Below, piece by piece: positions 23,990-32,000 of a stretch of DNA of 32,000 nucleotides (the stretch's first letter is position 1; each line of letters begins with the position of its first letter). The DNA is taken from positions 1,530,001 through 1,562,000 of the forward strand of contig NZ_CP010341.1 in assembly GCF_000940845.1 (NCBI RefSeq). The letters are read 5' to 3'. A program made the translations under genes and the position numbers. This DNA is from Propionibacterium freudenreichii subsp. freudenreichii. GTDB taxonomy: Bacteria > Actinomycetota > Actinomycetes > Propionibacteriales > Propionibacteriaceae. The notes below the pieces were generated by a model that saw only the letters and a list, made by a program, of their open reading frames with translations, did not search any database and had not been told where the DNA came from.

Positions 23990-26900
23990 TCAGCCGACCA
24001 GCCTCTGGGAGATCACCTTCGTGACGCCGTCCCCGCGCATCGTGACCCCGTACAGCGCATCGGCCTTCTCCATCGTGCGCTTCTGGTGGGTGATCACCAG
24101 GAGCTGGGAATCCTTGCCGAGTTCCTCGTAGATGCCGAGCAGGCGTGACAGGTTCACATCGTCGAGGGCGGCTTCGACCTCGTCGAGGATGTAGAAGGGG
24201 CTCGGGCGGGCGATGAACAGGCTGAACAGGAAGGCCACCGCCACGAGCGAGCGTTCCCCCCCCGACAACAGCGACATGCGCTTGACCTTCTTACCGGCCG
24301 GGCGCGCCTCGATGTCCACGCCGGTGGCCAACATGTCACCGGGGTCGGTCAGCACCAAACGCCCCTCGCCGCCGGGGAACAACCTCGGGAAGACCGTGGC
24401 GAAGGTCGCTTCGATGTCGGCATATGCCTGGCTGAACACCTGCTGCACCCGGGCATCGACCTCATCGATGATGTCCTCCAGGTCCTTGCGTGTCTTCTTC
24501 AGGTCCTCGAACTGCTCCGCAAGGAATTGGTGGCGCGCATTGAGCGCGTCAAATTCCTCGAGGGCCAGGGGGTTGATGCGTCCCAGCTGGTCAAGGGCCC
24601 GGCGGGCACGCCGTTCGCGTTTGACCTGCTCCCCACGATCGAAGGGGACCGGATCGGGCTGCTCGTCATCCTCGGTCAGGGCGCTGCCGTCCGGACGGGT
24701 GAGGACGGGGATGGGCTTGTCGGGCCCGAACTCGTCAACCAACGCATCGGCCTGCATGCCGAGCTCGCTCATCGCCTTCTCCGTCAACTGTTCCACTCGC
24801 ATCTGTTGTTCGATGCGTGCCAATTCCTCGCGGTGGGCCCCCTCGACGAGCGACTCGATCTCCTGGCTGCGCTGACGCACCTCTTCGCGTGCCGCGCTGA
24901 TGTGCGCATCCGCCTGGCTGCGGGCGCGTTCGGCTTCATCGCGTTCGGACTGCGCAGCGACGGTGAGCTCCTCGACGCGCGCAGCGAGCCATTGGGCTGC
25001 CTCATGGACCGCGCCGGCAACTGCCGCCTCCCGGCGAACCCGCTCCCGGCGGGCTGCGGCCTCGGCCTGGCTCTGGCGTTCGCGGGCTGCGGCACGACTC
25101 AGCGAATCGGCACGCCCGGCCAGGGAGCGGGCACGTTCCTGACCGGTGCGCAGGGCCAATCGGGCGTCCATCTCGGTCTGCCGGGCCAGCCGTGCCGCCA
25201 CCGACAGCTCGTCGCGCCGCGCCGGATCCGGCTCGGCGACCTCCTCCTGGCTGCGGGCCAGTTCAAGTCGTTGCCTCAGCGCCTCAAGCTCCCCCTCGTC
25301 GGCGGCCCGGCGGCTGTTGGCCTTGTCGATGGACGCCTTGGCACGTTCAGCCTCGGCCCTGGCCGTTGCCGAGGCCTGGCCAAGGTGGGAGATCTGCTCT
25401 GACAGCGCCGACATCGCCGCATCGGATTCATTCAACAGCTCCAGTGCCGCGTCGGCCTTCTTCTGCGCCGCGGACACCGCCTCCCCAGCCTGCTGACGCG
25501 AGAAATGCGCCCGCTCGGCCTCATGGCGGGCGGCGGACAGTTCCTCACGGGCACTGCTGATGGCGGCCTGCAGCTCGATGCGGCTGCGACCCGAACCCGA
25601 TCCACCGGCCATGAACCAGGCCGACAGGAGTTCCCCGCGTCGGGTGACCACCTGGAGTTGCGGATCGCCGCTCACCACGGCGAATGCCTCGTCCAGGTCC
25701 TCAACGGCCAGGAATTCGCCGAGCAGCTCGTTGACCGCCGGCGCCATGGGCTGGGGTACCTGCACGAGATCACGCACTCGGCGGGTGCCGGCGGGGACGG
25801 GGCCCGACGACGGCTGTACGCTCGGGGCTCCTTGGATCACCAGCCCTGCCCGGCCCAGATCATCGCGGTGCAGAGTCTCCAGTGCCTCGCGGGCCGCGGC
25901 GGGATCACGGACGACCAGGGCCTCTGTTGCCGGGCCGAGCACGGCGGCGACGGCGATCTCCCAACCGGATTCGACCGTGAGCAGCCCGGACAGCGCTCCC
26001 AGCACGCCGGGAACCCCGGCCCCGGCCAGCGCAGCGGCACCGTCGGCGCGCACCAACCCCAGCTCCAGGGCCTCGATGCGCGCCGACAGCGTGGCCACAT
26101 TGCGCTCCACCTGCTCTCGGTGCTGGTCACCGGCAGCCAGGGCCTCCTTGGCAGCCGCGAGCTCGTGGGCGGCCCGCTCATAGTTGGCGTCAAGATCGGA
26201 CTCGCCGTCACCGAGGCCGGTGATGCGACTCTCCAACGCGAGATAGACCTGTTCGGCCTCGGTGGCCCGGGCCAGGGCCTCATCGCGGCGTTGGCTGAGT
26301 CGATCGACTTCTTCGGCGCCCGCCTCGAGCCTCGAATTCAGTGAGCCGACCTGACCGGAAAGGCGGGCCAGCCCCTCCCTACGGTCGGCGACGGCCCGGA
26401 GCTGGGCGGCATAGTCCGCCTCCGCCGCCTCATGGTCGTGCTCGGCGGATTCACGACGCGTGGTTGCCCGCGCCAGGCTTTCCTGGGCGGCCTCGACCTG
26501 AGCTTCCAGCTCCGCCTCCTCCGCGCGGGCCCGGGCCGCCTCCGCCTCCAACTCGGCGGGATCCCGTGCTGAGCGCGTCTCAGGTGCCACCTCGCCATGG
26601 CGCATCCGCTCGGCACTGATCGATTCGATCGTGGCCATCCTTTCGCGCAGTGCCACGGCGGCGTACCACCGCTCCTGGGCGGCCGTGAGGGCGGGATTCG
26701 CGGCCGTCAGCGCCTGTTCGGCCTCCGCCTCGCGGGAGCGTGCCTGGTCCAGGCGGACCCTGGCGTCGGCACGCAGCTTCTCCTGACCAGCCTGGTTCTC
26801 CTGTTCGGAGGCCAGTGCCAGCCGGGCTGTGGTGAGGTCGTCGGCCAGCAGGCGGGAGCGGGCGTCGCGCAGTTCCGCCTGCACGACCGCTGCCTTGCGC

Positions 26901-27535
26901 GCAACGGCCGCCTGCCGACCGAGGGGCTTGAGCTGGCGGCGGATCTCTGAGATGAGGTCGGAGAGCCGTTCGAGGTTCTGACGTGTCGACTCGAGTTTCC
27001 TGGCCGCCTTCTCCTTGCGGCGACGATGCTTGAGCACCCCGGCCGCCTCTTCGATGAAGCCCCGGCGGATCTCCGGCGTGGCCTGCAGGATCTGGTCGAG
27101 CTGGCCCTGACCGACGATCACGTGCATCTCGCGGCCCATGCCGGTGTCGGACAGGAGCTCCTGGACGTCGAGCAGCCGGGCCGTGTGGCCGTTGATGGCA
27201 TACTCGGAACCCCCCGCGCGGAACAGGGTGCGCGAGATGGTCACCTCTGTGTAATCGATCGGCAGGACGCCATCAGTGTTGTCGATGGTCAGCGTAACCT
27301 CGGCGCGTCCCAGGGGTGGACGGCCAGCGGTGCCGGCGAAGATGACGTCATCCATCTTGCCGCCGCGCAGGTGCTTGGCCCCCTGCTCACCCATCACCCA
27401 AGCGAGGGCATCGACGATATTGGACTTTCCCGAGCCATTGGGTCCGACGATGGCGGTGATGCCCGGTTCGAAGGCGAGTGTGGTGGCCGAGGCAAAGGAC
27501 TTGAAACCCTTCAGGGTCAAGCTCTTCAGATACAC
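23990..27535 (-). CDS. smc: chromosome segregation protein SMC
   Basis: 1181 aa. GTG start giving (M)YLKSLTLKGFKSF, Walker A GPNGSGKSN, long Ala/Glu/Arg coiled coils, a central hinge, the LSGGE signature and Walker B YILDEVEAALD. Confidence 0.95.
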   Translation of the reverse strand: MYLKSLTLKGFKSFASATTLAFEPGITAIVGPNGSGKSNIVDALAWVMGEQGAKHLRGGKMDDVIFAGTAGRPPLGRAEVTLTIDNTDGVLPIDYTEVTISRTLFRAGGSEYAINGHTARLLDVQELLSDTGMGREMHVIVGQGQLDQILQATPEIRRGFIEEAAGVLKHRRRKEKAARKLESTRQNLERLSDLISEIRRQLKPLGRQAAVARKAAVVQAELRDARSRLLADDLTTARLALASEQENQAGQEKLRADARVRLDQARSREAEAEQALTAANPALTAAQERWYAAVALRERMATIESISAERMRHGEVAPETRSARDPAELEAEAARARAEEAELEAQVEAAQESLARATTRRESAEHDHEAAEADYAAQLRAVADRREGLARLSGQVGSLNSRLEAGAEEVDRLSQRRDEALARATEAEQVYLALESRITGLGDGESDLDANYERAAHELAAAKEALAAGDQHREQVERNVATLSARIEALELGLVRADGAAALAGAGVPGVLGALSGLLTVESGWEIAVAAVLGPATEALVVRDPAAAREALETLHRDDLGRAGLVIQGAPSVQPSSGPVPAGTRRVRDLVQVPQPMAPAVNELLGEFLAVEDLDEAFAVVSGDPQLQVVTRRGELLSAWFMAGGSGSGRSRIELQAAISSAREELSAARHEAERAHFSRQQAGEAVSAAQKKADAALELLNESDAAMSALSEQISHLGQASATARAEAERAKASIDKANSRRAADEGELEALRQRLELARSQEEVAEPDPARRDELSVAARLARQTEMDARLALRTGQERARSLAGRADSLSRAAARERQSQAEAAARRERVRREAAVAGAVHEAAQWLAARVEELTVAAQSERDEAERARSQADAHISAAREEVRQRSQEIESLVEGAHREELARIEQQMRVEQLTEKAMSELGMQADALVDEFGPDKPIPVLTRPDGSALTEDDEQPDPVPFDRGEQVKRERRARRALDQLGRINPLALEEFDALNARHQFLAEQFEDLKKTRKDLEDIIDEVDARVQQVFSQAYADIEATFATVFPRLFPGGEGRLVLTDPGDMLATGVDIEARPAGKKVKRMSLLSGGERSLVAVAFLFSLFIARPSPFYILDEVEAALDDVNLSRLLGIYEELGKDSQLLVITHQKRTMEKADALYGVTMRGDGVTKVISQRLVG

Positions 27536-27572
27536 GCCACGGCTCCCGGAAGGCCGGAATGGTGAATGTCCA

Positions 27573-28193
27573 CTATGCGCTCACAGGTGCTTTCTCGGCA
27601 ATGGCCTGATCGTGCTTGATGCGGAAGGTCCACAGCTTGTTGACGATGAAGTTGATGGGCATGGTGACCAAGATGGCGATGGCCTGGCTCACGTACTCAC
27701 GCGAGTGCACCGCATTGAGCACCTGCTGCACGATGGACCCGCTGTGGTGCTGGTAGGCACCGAACCACGCCCCGCGCAGGGAGATGACACCGGCAGGGCT
27801 CATCATCATCGCCTTCAGGATCATGCCGATGAAGGCAGCGACGGCCCCGATGGCGAGGAATTGCCAGAAGCCCTTCCACCAGGCGCGCTGGGTGCCCCGG
27901 AAGGTCCAGCTGCGGTTGAGCTGGTAGTTGTAGGTGTTCGCCACCAAGAATGACAGGATCCACACCAGCGAGCTGAAACGGAAGTTGAAACTCGTGGCAG
28001 GGATCGAGAAGAGGATCTCGGTGGCATTCGCCGAGCCGCCATTGAGCTTGTTTATCACCACGGCGACCGCCATATTGACGATGACGCCGGAGCCACCCAC
28101 GACGCCGAAGCGGATGAACTGGCCACCAATCCTGGCCGCACGCCGTGAGCGGCTCTCGATGGGTTCCTCGGGGACTTGCTGGCTCATGGGCAT
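27573..28193 (-). CDS. GtrA-like family membrane protein
   Basis: 206 aa. FIRFGVVGGSGVIVNMAV and a C-terminal NFIVNKLWTF(R) are the GtrA family motifs. Four or more hydrophobic helices. Confidence 0.75.
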   Translation of the reverse strand: MPMSQQVPEEPIESRSRRAARIGGQFIRFGVVGGSGVIVNMAVAVVINKLNGGSANATEILFSIPATSFNFRFSSLVWILSFLVANTYNYQLNRSWTFRGTQRAWWKGFWQFLAIGAVAAFIGMILKAMMMSPAGVISLRGAWFGAYQHHSGSIVQQVLNAVHSREYVSQAIAILVTMPINFIVNKLWTFRIKHDQAIAEKAPVSA

Positions 28194-28198
28194 CTAGC

Positions 28199-29104
28199 CT
28201 ATCTTTCGGGCGCGTCGTGCGCGCTGGATGACGCCCTTGCACGGGCCGGTTCGGATTGTTCCAGCCGACGGGGCAGGCGTTGGCAACGCGGGCACAGGTA
28301 ACTGGATCGGTTCATGAAGCGCTGCCTGACGATGGCCGTGCCACACCGGGGGCAGGGCTGTCCGGCCCGCCCATAGACGGCCAGGCCGCGGGCGAAGTAG
28401 CCGCTGTCGCCATGGACGTTGACGTAGAGCGCATCAAAGCTCGTGCCACCTGCCGCCAGGGCCCGGCGCATGACATCGGCGGCTCGGCGCAGGACCGCGC
28501 GCGCACGGCGGGTCGACAGCAGCGATGTCGGATGTTGGTAGTTGGTGTGCGCCAGCCACAGCGCCTCATCGGCGTAGATGTTGCCGATGCCGGAGACGAG
28601 CGTCTGGTCGAGGAGGGCACGCTTCACGGTGGTGTGCTTCGCCTGCAATCGGCCGGCGACGGCTTCCACCCGGAAGTGGGGGTCGAAGGGGTCGAGCGCG
28701 ATGTGTCGAATGGGTTCGGGTAGGCCTGCTCCCCCCGGGCAATAGGCCAGGGAGCCGAAGAGCCGCTGATCCACGAAGCGCAGTTGTGTGCCATCGTCCA
28801 TGGTGATCACCACGCGTGCATGCTGTGGTAGCGGCGCTCCGGGGGCGTCCACCCGGAATTGGCCGCTCATGCCCAGGTGGGCGATCAGGGCATCACGCCC
28901 GTCAAGGGGAATCCACAGGTACTTGCCGCGACGCCGCGGCTCGTCGCAGCGCCTGCCCACCAGTGAGCCGACGAAGTCGTCAGGGCCACCGTCGTGACGC
29001 TTGAGTGCCCTGGCATCAAGCACGCGCACGGCGTCGATGCGCCTGCCTTCCACGAACTGGGCCAGCCCCTCGCGCACCACCTCGACCTCAGGTAGTTCAG
29101 GCAT
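28199..29104 (-). CDS. mutM: formamidopyrimidine-DNA glycosylase
   Basis: MPELPEVE N-terminus (catalytic Pro2/Glu3), an H2TH region (LLDQTLVSGIGNIYADEAL) and a C-terminal zinc finger CPRCGTAIVRQRFMNRSSYLCPRCQ. Confidence 0.9.
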   Translation of the reverse strand: MPELPEVEVVREGLAQFVEGRRIDAVRVLDARALKRHDGGPDDFVGSLVGRRCDEPRRRGKYLWIPLDGRDALIAHLGMSGQFRVDAPGAPLPQHARVVITMDDGTQLRFVDQRLFGSLAYCPGGAGLPEPIRHIALDPFDPHFRVEAVAGRLQAKHTTVKRALLDQTLVSGIGNIYADEALWLAHTNYQHPTSLLSTRRARAVLRRAADVMRRALAAGGTSFDALYVNVHGDSGYFARGLAVYGRAGQPCPRCGTAIVRQRFMNRSSYLCPRCQRLPRRLEQSEPARARASSSAHDAPER

Positions 29105-29826
29105 CAGTCAGGCTGTTCCGCACCATTCACTTCGGCATCGAGCACGCGGAAGGCATTCTCCGCCGCGTGCTGTTCGGCCTGCTTCTTGTTGTGTCCCATG
29201 CCGGGGTCGAAGGTGCGGCCGTCCACGAGCGCCACCGCAGTGAAGCGCTTGTCGTGATCGGGTCCGGTCTCGCTGATCCGGTATTCGGGCGGATCGGACT
29301 CCATCGCCGCCGCGATCTCCTGCAGCGAGGTCTTCCAGTCCAGGCCCGCCCCCATCTTCACGGCCCGGTCGACCAGCGGATCGAAGATGTGGTGGACGAA
29401 CTTCGCGGCACCCGACGGGTCTGTCATGTAGATGGCGCCGATCAGCGCCTCGGTGGTGTCGGCGAGGATGCTGGTCTTGTCGCGTCCGCCGGTGGTGAGT
29501 TCACCATGGCCGAGCTTCACCAGTTGGCCGATTCCCAGGCTGCGGGCCACTTCGGCCAGGCTCACCGAGCTGACCACGGCCGCGCGCAGCTTGGCCAGCC
29601 GACCCTCGGCGTAGTCCGGGAAATGGCGGTACAGATAGTCGGTCACGTTGATGCCGAGCACCGAATCGCCCAGGAACTCAAGGCGTTCGTTGTGGGGGAT
29701 CTGCCCGTGCTCGTACGCGTAGGAGCGATGTGTGAGCGCAAGGCCAAGGAGCTCGGCGTCCAGAGGGACACCGAGCTCCTTGATCAGTTCAGCGAATCGG
29801 CTGGAGCCGGATTCACTCGAATTCAC
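29104..29826 (-). CDS. rnc: ribonuclease III
   Basis: RNase III signature [12 protein letters not shown] and a C-terminal dsRBD (...[38 protein letters not shown]). GTG start. The stop overlaps the mutM ATG by 1 nt. Confidence 0.9.
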   Translation of the reverse strand: MNSSESGSSRFAELIKELGVPLDAELLGLALTHRSYAYEHGQIPHNERLEFLGDSVLGINVTDYLYRHFPDYAEGRLAKLRAAVVSSVSLAEVARSLGIGQLVKLGHGELTTGGRDKTSILADTTEALIGAIYMTDPSGAAKFVHHIFDPLVDRAVKMGAGLDWKTSLQEIAAAMESDPPEYRISETGPDHDKRFTAVALVDGRTFDPGMGHNKKQAEQHAAENAFRVLDAEVNGAEQPD

Positions 29827-30025
29827 GGGTGTTCAGGCTTCCGGTCACCGTGCGGAACTCGCCACGCGGACCGTACTGATGGCACTTGGGGCACGCGGTG
29901 TGCGGCAGGTGGAGCGCACGGCATGCAGGGTTCGGGCAGGTAACCAGGGTCACCGGCGCAGCCTTCCACTGCGAGCGGCGCGACCGCGTGTTGCTGCGGG
30001 ACATCTTCCGCTTCGGGACAGCCAC
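29813..30025 (-). CDS. rpmF: 50S ribosomal protein L32 (Cys-containing, zinc-ribbon form)
   Basis: GTG start preceded by GAGGAG. (M)[19 protein letters not shown], then CPNPAC...CPKC. The 3' end overlaps the rnc start by 14 nt. Confidence 0.9.
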   Translation of the reverse strand: MAVPKRKMSRSNTRSRRSQWKAAPVTLVTCPNPACRALHLPHTACPKCHQYGPRGEFRTVTGSLNTREFE

Positions 30026-30175
30026 GTTATTTCTCCTCGATCAAGAATGGGAATGCGCGCCTTTGCAGACACGCGACAGCCTAGGTTACTCGTAGACCCG
30101 CCGGTCGTCCAAATGGACGGCCTGCGCGCCGTGGAAACCCGGCACCGCGCCGACGTTCCACATGCGGCACCGCGG

Positions 30176-30736
30176 TCAGTTGTTCTGGGCCCCGATTCCA
30201 CCGGTTTCCGGCTCGGTGAGCGCCTTCAGCGCACTCCACCGGGAATCAAGGGGAGCCTCGTGATGATGGTCGGGATGCTCGTTGAGGTTGGCACCGCACT
30301 GGGGGCACAGGCCCTTGCAGTCGGGGCGGCACAGGGGCGTGAAGGGAAGGTCGAGGACGATCGCGTCGCGCAACACCGGGTCAAGGTCGAGCAGCTCCCC
30401 GTCCAGGAAGAGGTCATCAGGTTCTGCGGAGCGTCCCTCATAGTTGAACAGCTCGAAGACCCGATAGCTGCCGTGGTCGTGCAGATCGGTCAGGCATCGC
30501 GCACACTCCCCTTCCAGGGGTGCCTCGACGGTGCCGGTCACGAGGACGCCCTCGACGACGGCCTCAAGCCGAAGGTCCAGGTCGATCCCCGCGCCCTCGG
30601 GCACGCGGATCATTTCAATGCCAAGATCGGCAGGCGCCGCGACGGTGTCATGGACCTCCATCATGACTCCCGCCTGACGGGCGAGTTGCTGGGTGTCGAT
30701 CACAAGGGAATTGCGGGCGTCAAGATGTGTGCTCAC
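30176..30736 (-). CDS. yceD: YceD/DUF177 family protein
   Basis: 186 aa, acidic. ...VPEGAGIDLDLRLEAVVEGVLVTG... and the C-terminal CRPDCKGLCPQCGANLN motif. It holds the conserved position upstream of rpmF. GTG start. Confidence 0.8.
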   Translation of the reverse strand: MSTHLDARNSLVIDTQQLARQAGVMMEVHDTVAAPADLGIEMIRVPEGAGIDLDLRLEAVVEGVLVTGTVEAPLEGECARCLTDLHDHGSYRVFELFNYEGRSAEPDDLFLDGELLDLDPVLRDAIVLDLPFTPLCRPDCKGLCPQCGANLNEHPDHHHEAPLDSRWSALKALTEPETGGIGAQNN

Positions 30737-30823
30737 ACCCCAATCGTAGGAGGCGGCACAACATTTCGACGACTCGCCACCGCCACATCACCTCGCCACG
30801 ACGCACGGTGGGGTGGGGCCGCG

Positions 30824-31309
30824 TCAGTAGCCGAGCTTGCTGCGCACCGCTGCGTTCACCGCGGGGGTCACGAAGGGGCTGATGTCGCCGTGGTTCGCCG
30901 CCACCTCCCGCAGCATGGAACTCGAGATCGTGCCGTATTCGCGCCCGGCCGGCAGCAGGACCGTCTCGATGCCCGACAGAATGCGATTGAGCTGGCCCAT
31001 CTGCAGCTCGTAGTCGAAATCGGAGCCGAAGCGAACGCCCTTGACGATCACTGAGGCGTCATGTTCCTTGCAGAACTCGCTCAGCAGTCCGTCTATGGGC
31101 TCCACGGTGACACCGTCGATGTCCGCCACGGATTCCCGCACCAGTTCCAGGCGCTCATCACCCTCGAACAGGTAATTCTTCGATGTATTGCGGCCCACCG
31201 CAACGATCACCTCGCTGAACACGGTGCGGGCGCGCTCGATGATGTCGAGATGACCACGGGTGATCGGATCGAACGACCCCGGGCACACGGCCCGTACGGG
31301 CTCAATCAT
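30824..31309 (-). CDS. coaD: phosphopantetheine adenylyltransferase
   Basis: Start re-called to ATG 31309 (MIEPVRAVCPGSFDPITRGHLDII, the T/H.GH motif). 161 aa, with ISSSMLRE near the C-terminus. It overlaps the rsmD stop by 8 nt. Confidence 0.9.
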   Translation of the reverse strand: MIEPVRAVCPGSFDPITRGHLDIIERARTVFSEVIVAVGRNTSKNYLFEGDERLELVRESVADIDGVTVEPIDGLLSEFCKEHDASVIVKGVRFGSDFDYELQMGQLNRILSGIETVLLPAGREYGTISSSMLREVAANHGDISPFVTPAVNAAVRSKLGY

Positions 31310-31901
31310 CCTTGTTCCCTTCGGCGGCACGACAAAAGTACAAACAGCTCTCACCGTAGCGTCGCGTCCAACTGAGTTCGAGGCCACCCGGCCAGTCCGG
31401 TTCCCCCACGCGCACCGAGCGTTCCACCACGAAGATCCCGTCGGACAGCAAATAGCCGTGTGCCAGGGCGGTTGCCATGAGCGTGACCAGCTCATCGTTG
31501 CTCAACTCATAGGGCGGATCCAGCAGGATCACGTCATTGGCGTGGGCGGCGGGCTGTGCCAAAAAATTGCGTACCGATGCCGTCACGATGCGCCCGGACA
31601 GGCGGGTGTGCTTCTGGTTCTGCTTGATCACGGCGGCAACGCCATGGTCCTTCTCGACCCAGGTGACCGGATCGGCGCCCCTGCTCGCCGCTTCCAGCCC
31701 CAACGCCCCGGACCCGGCGAACAGATCGAGCACCGCGAGTCCGGACAATTGCTCGGCAGGATCCTCGGCTGCCGTGCCGGCCCATGTCGACAAGGAGCTG
31801 AACAGGGCTTCACGCACCCGGTCGGTGGTGGGTCGGGTTTGGGACCCCTGCGGGGTGATCAAACGTGCACCCTTGGCTGATCCGGTAATGATTCTGCTCA
31901 C
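31302..31901 (-). CDS. rsmD: 16S rRNA (guanine966-N2)-methyltransferase RsmD
   Basis: RIITGSAKGARL..P....TRPTTDRVREALF, the SAM motif LDLFAGSGALGLEAASRGA, and DPPY. Confidence 0.85.
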   Translation of the reverse strand: MSRIITGSAKGARLITPQGSQTRPTTDRVREALFSSLSTWAGTAAEDPAEQLSGLAVLDLFAGSGALGLEAASRGADPVTWVEKDHGVAAVIKQNQKHTRLSGRIVTASVRNFLAQPAAHANDVILLDPPYELSNDELVTLMATALAHGYLLSDGIFVVERSVRVGEPDWPGGLELSWTRRYGESCLYFCRAAEGNKDD

Positions 31902-32000
31902 GGCCCAAGGCTAGCCGGGGCGTGGCGTACGGCTGCGACGCTGGCCCGGACGCCCGGGCTGGGGTTAGATGTTGTCATGGCTGACACAACGAACCCGATC

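Noticed and set aside
31977-32000. Possible start of a plus-strand gene (ATG GCT GAC ACA ACG AAC CCG ATC), preceded by the inverted repeat GTTGTCA-TGGC-TGACAAC, at the window edge.
   Set aside because: Only 8 codons are visible, there is no clear SD, and the sequence cannot be distinguished from non-coding DNA or from the tail region of an upstream minus-strand gene.
1-32000. Scan for CRISPR arrays, rRNA genes, additional tRNAs and toxin-antitoxin or defence-island gene pairs.
   Set aside because: No regularly spaced direct repeats and no rRNA-like segments were found. The only T-arm-like GGTTCAAGTCC motifs are the tRNA-Leu and its att copy. Every sizeable ORF outside the island and the IS has a recognisable housekeeping or metabolic assignment.

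Overview
High-GC actinobacterial chromosomal window, read by eye with no database searches. About 85% of it is minus-strand housekeeping genes. They form the conserved backbone rsmD-coaD | yceD-rpmF-rnc-mutM | smc | ftsY | ffh | rpsP-KH-rimM-trmD | rplS-lepB-rnhB-DUF2469 | yraN-comM-dprA, the same order I recall from mycobacteria. Many junctions are tightly coupled. ATGA or GTGA start/stop overlaps occur at 7455, 8990, 9817, 11294, 12685, 14703 and 17059. Further overlaps of 1, 14 and 8 nt occur at 29104, 29813-29826 and 31302-31309. Several track ORFs carry spurious N-terminal extensions, and I re-called their starts from conserved N-termini, Shine-Dalgarno (SD) motifs and upstream stop codons. 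Five things interrupt the backbone. (1) A roughly 1.7 kb decayed integrative element sits in the 3' end of tRNA-Leu(GAG). It has imperfect ~83-nt direct repeats, a broken integrase N-terminus and two envelope-protein cargo genes. (2) A trpB2-like plus NifX-like gene pair lies downstream of dprA, behind a leader with two perfect 14-bp palindromes. (3) A three-gene succinate dehydrogenase/fumarate reductase operon and a divergent esterase are wedged between trmD and rplS. (4) An intact IS481-family element with a TCTAGC target duplication sits 14 nt upstream of the ftsY start codon. (5) An orphan GtrA-like gene lies between mutM and smc. I found no CRISPR array, no rRNA, and no convincing multi-gene novel defence or biosynthetic system. 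The most checkable points of interest are the IS481/ftsY junction, the tRNA-Leu island remnant and the trpB2/NifX-like pair. The long antisense ORFs in the track are shadow ORFs typical of high-GC DNA.
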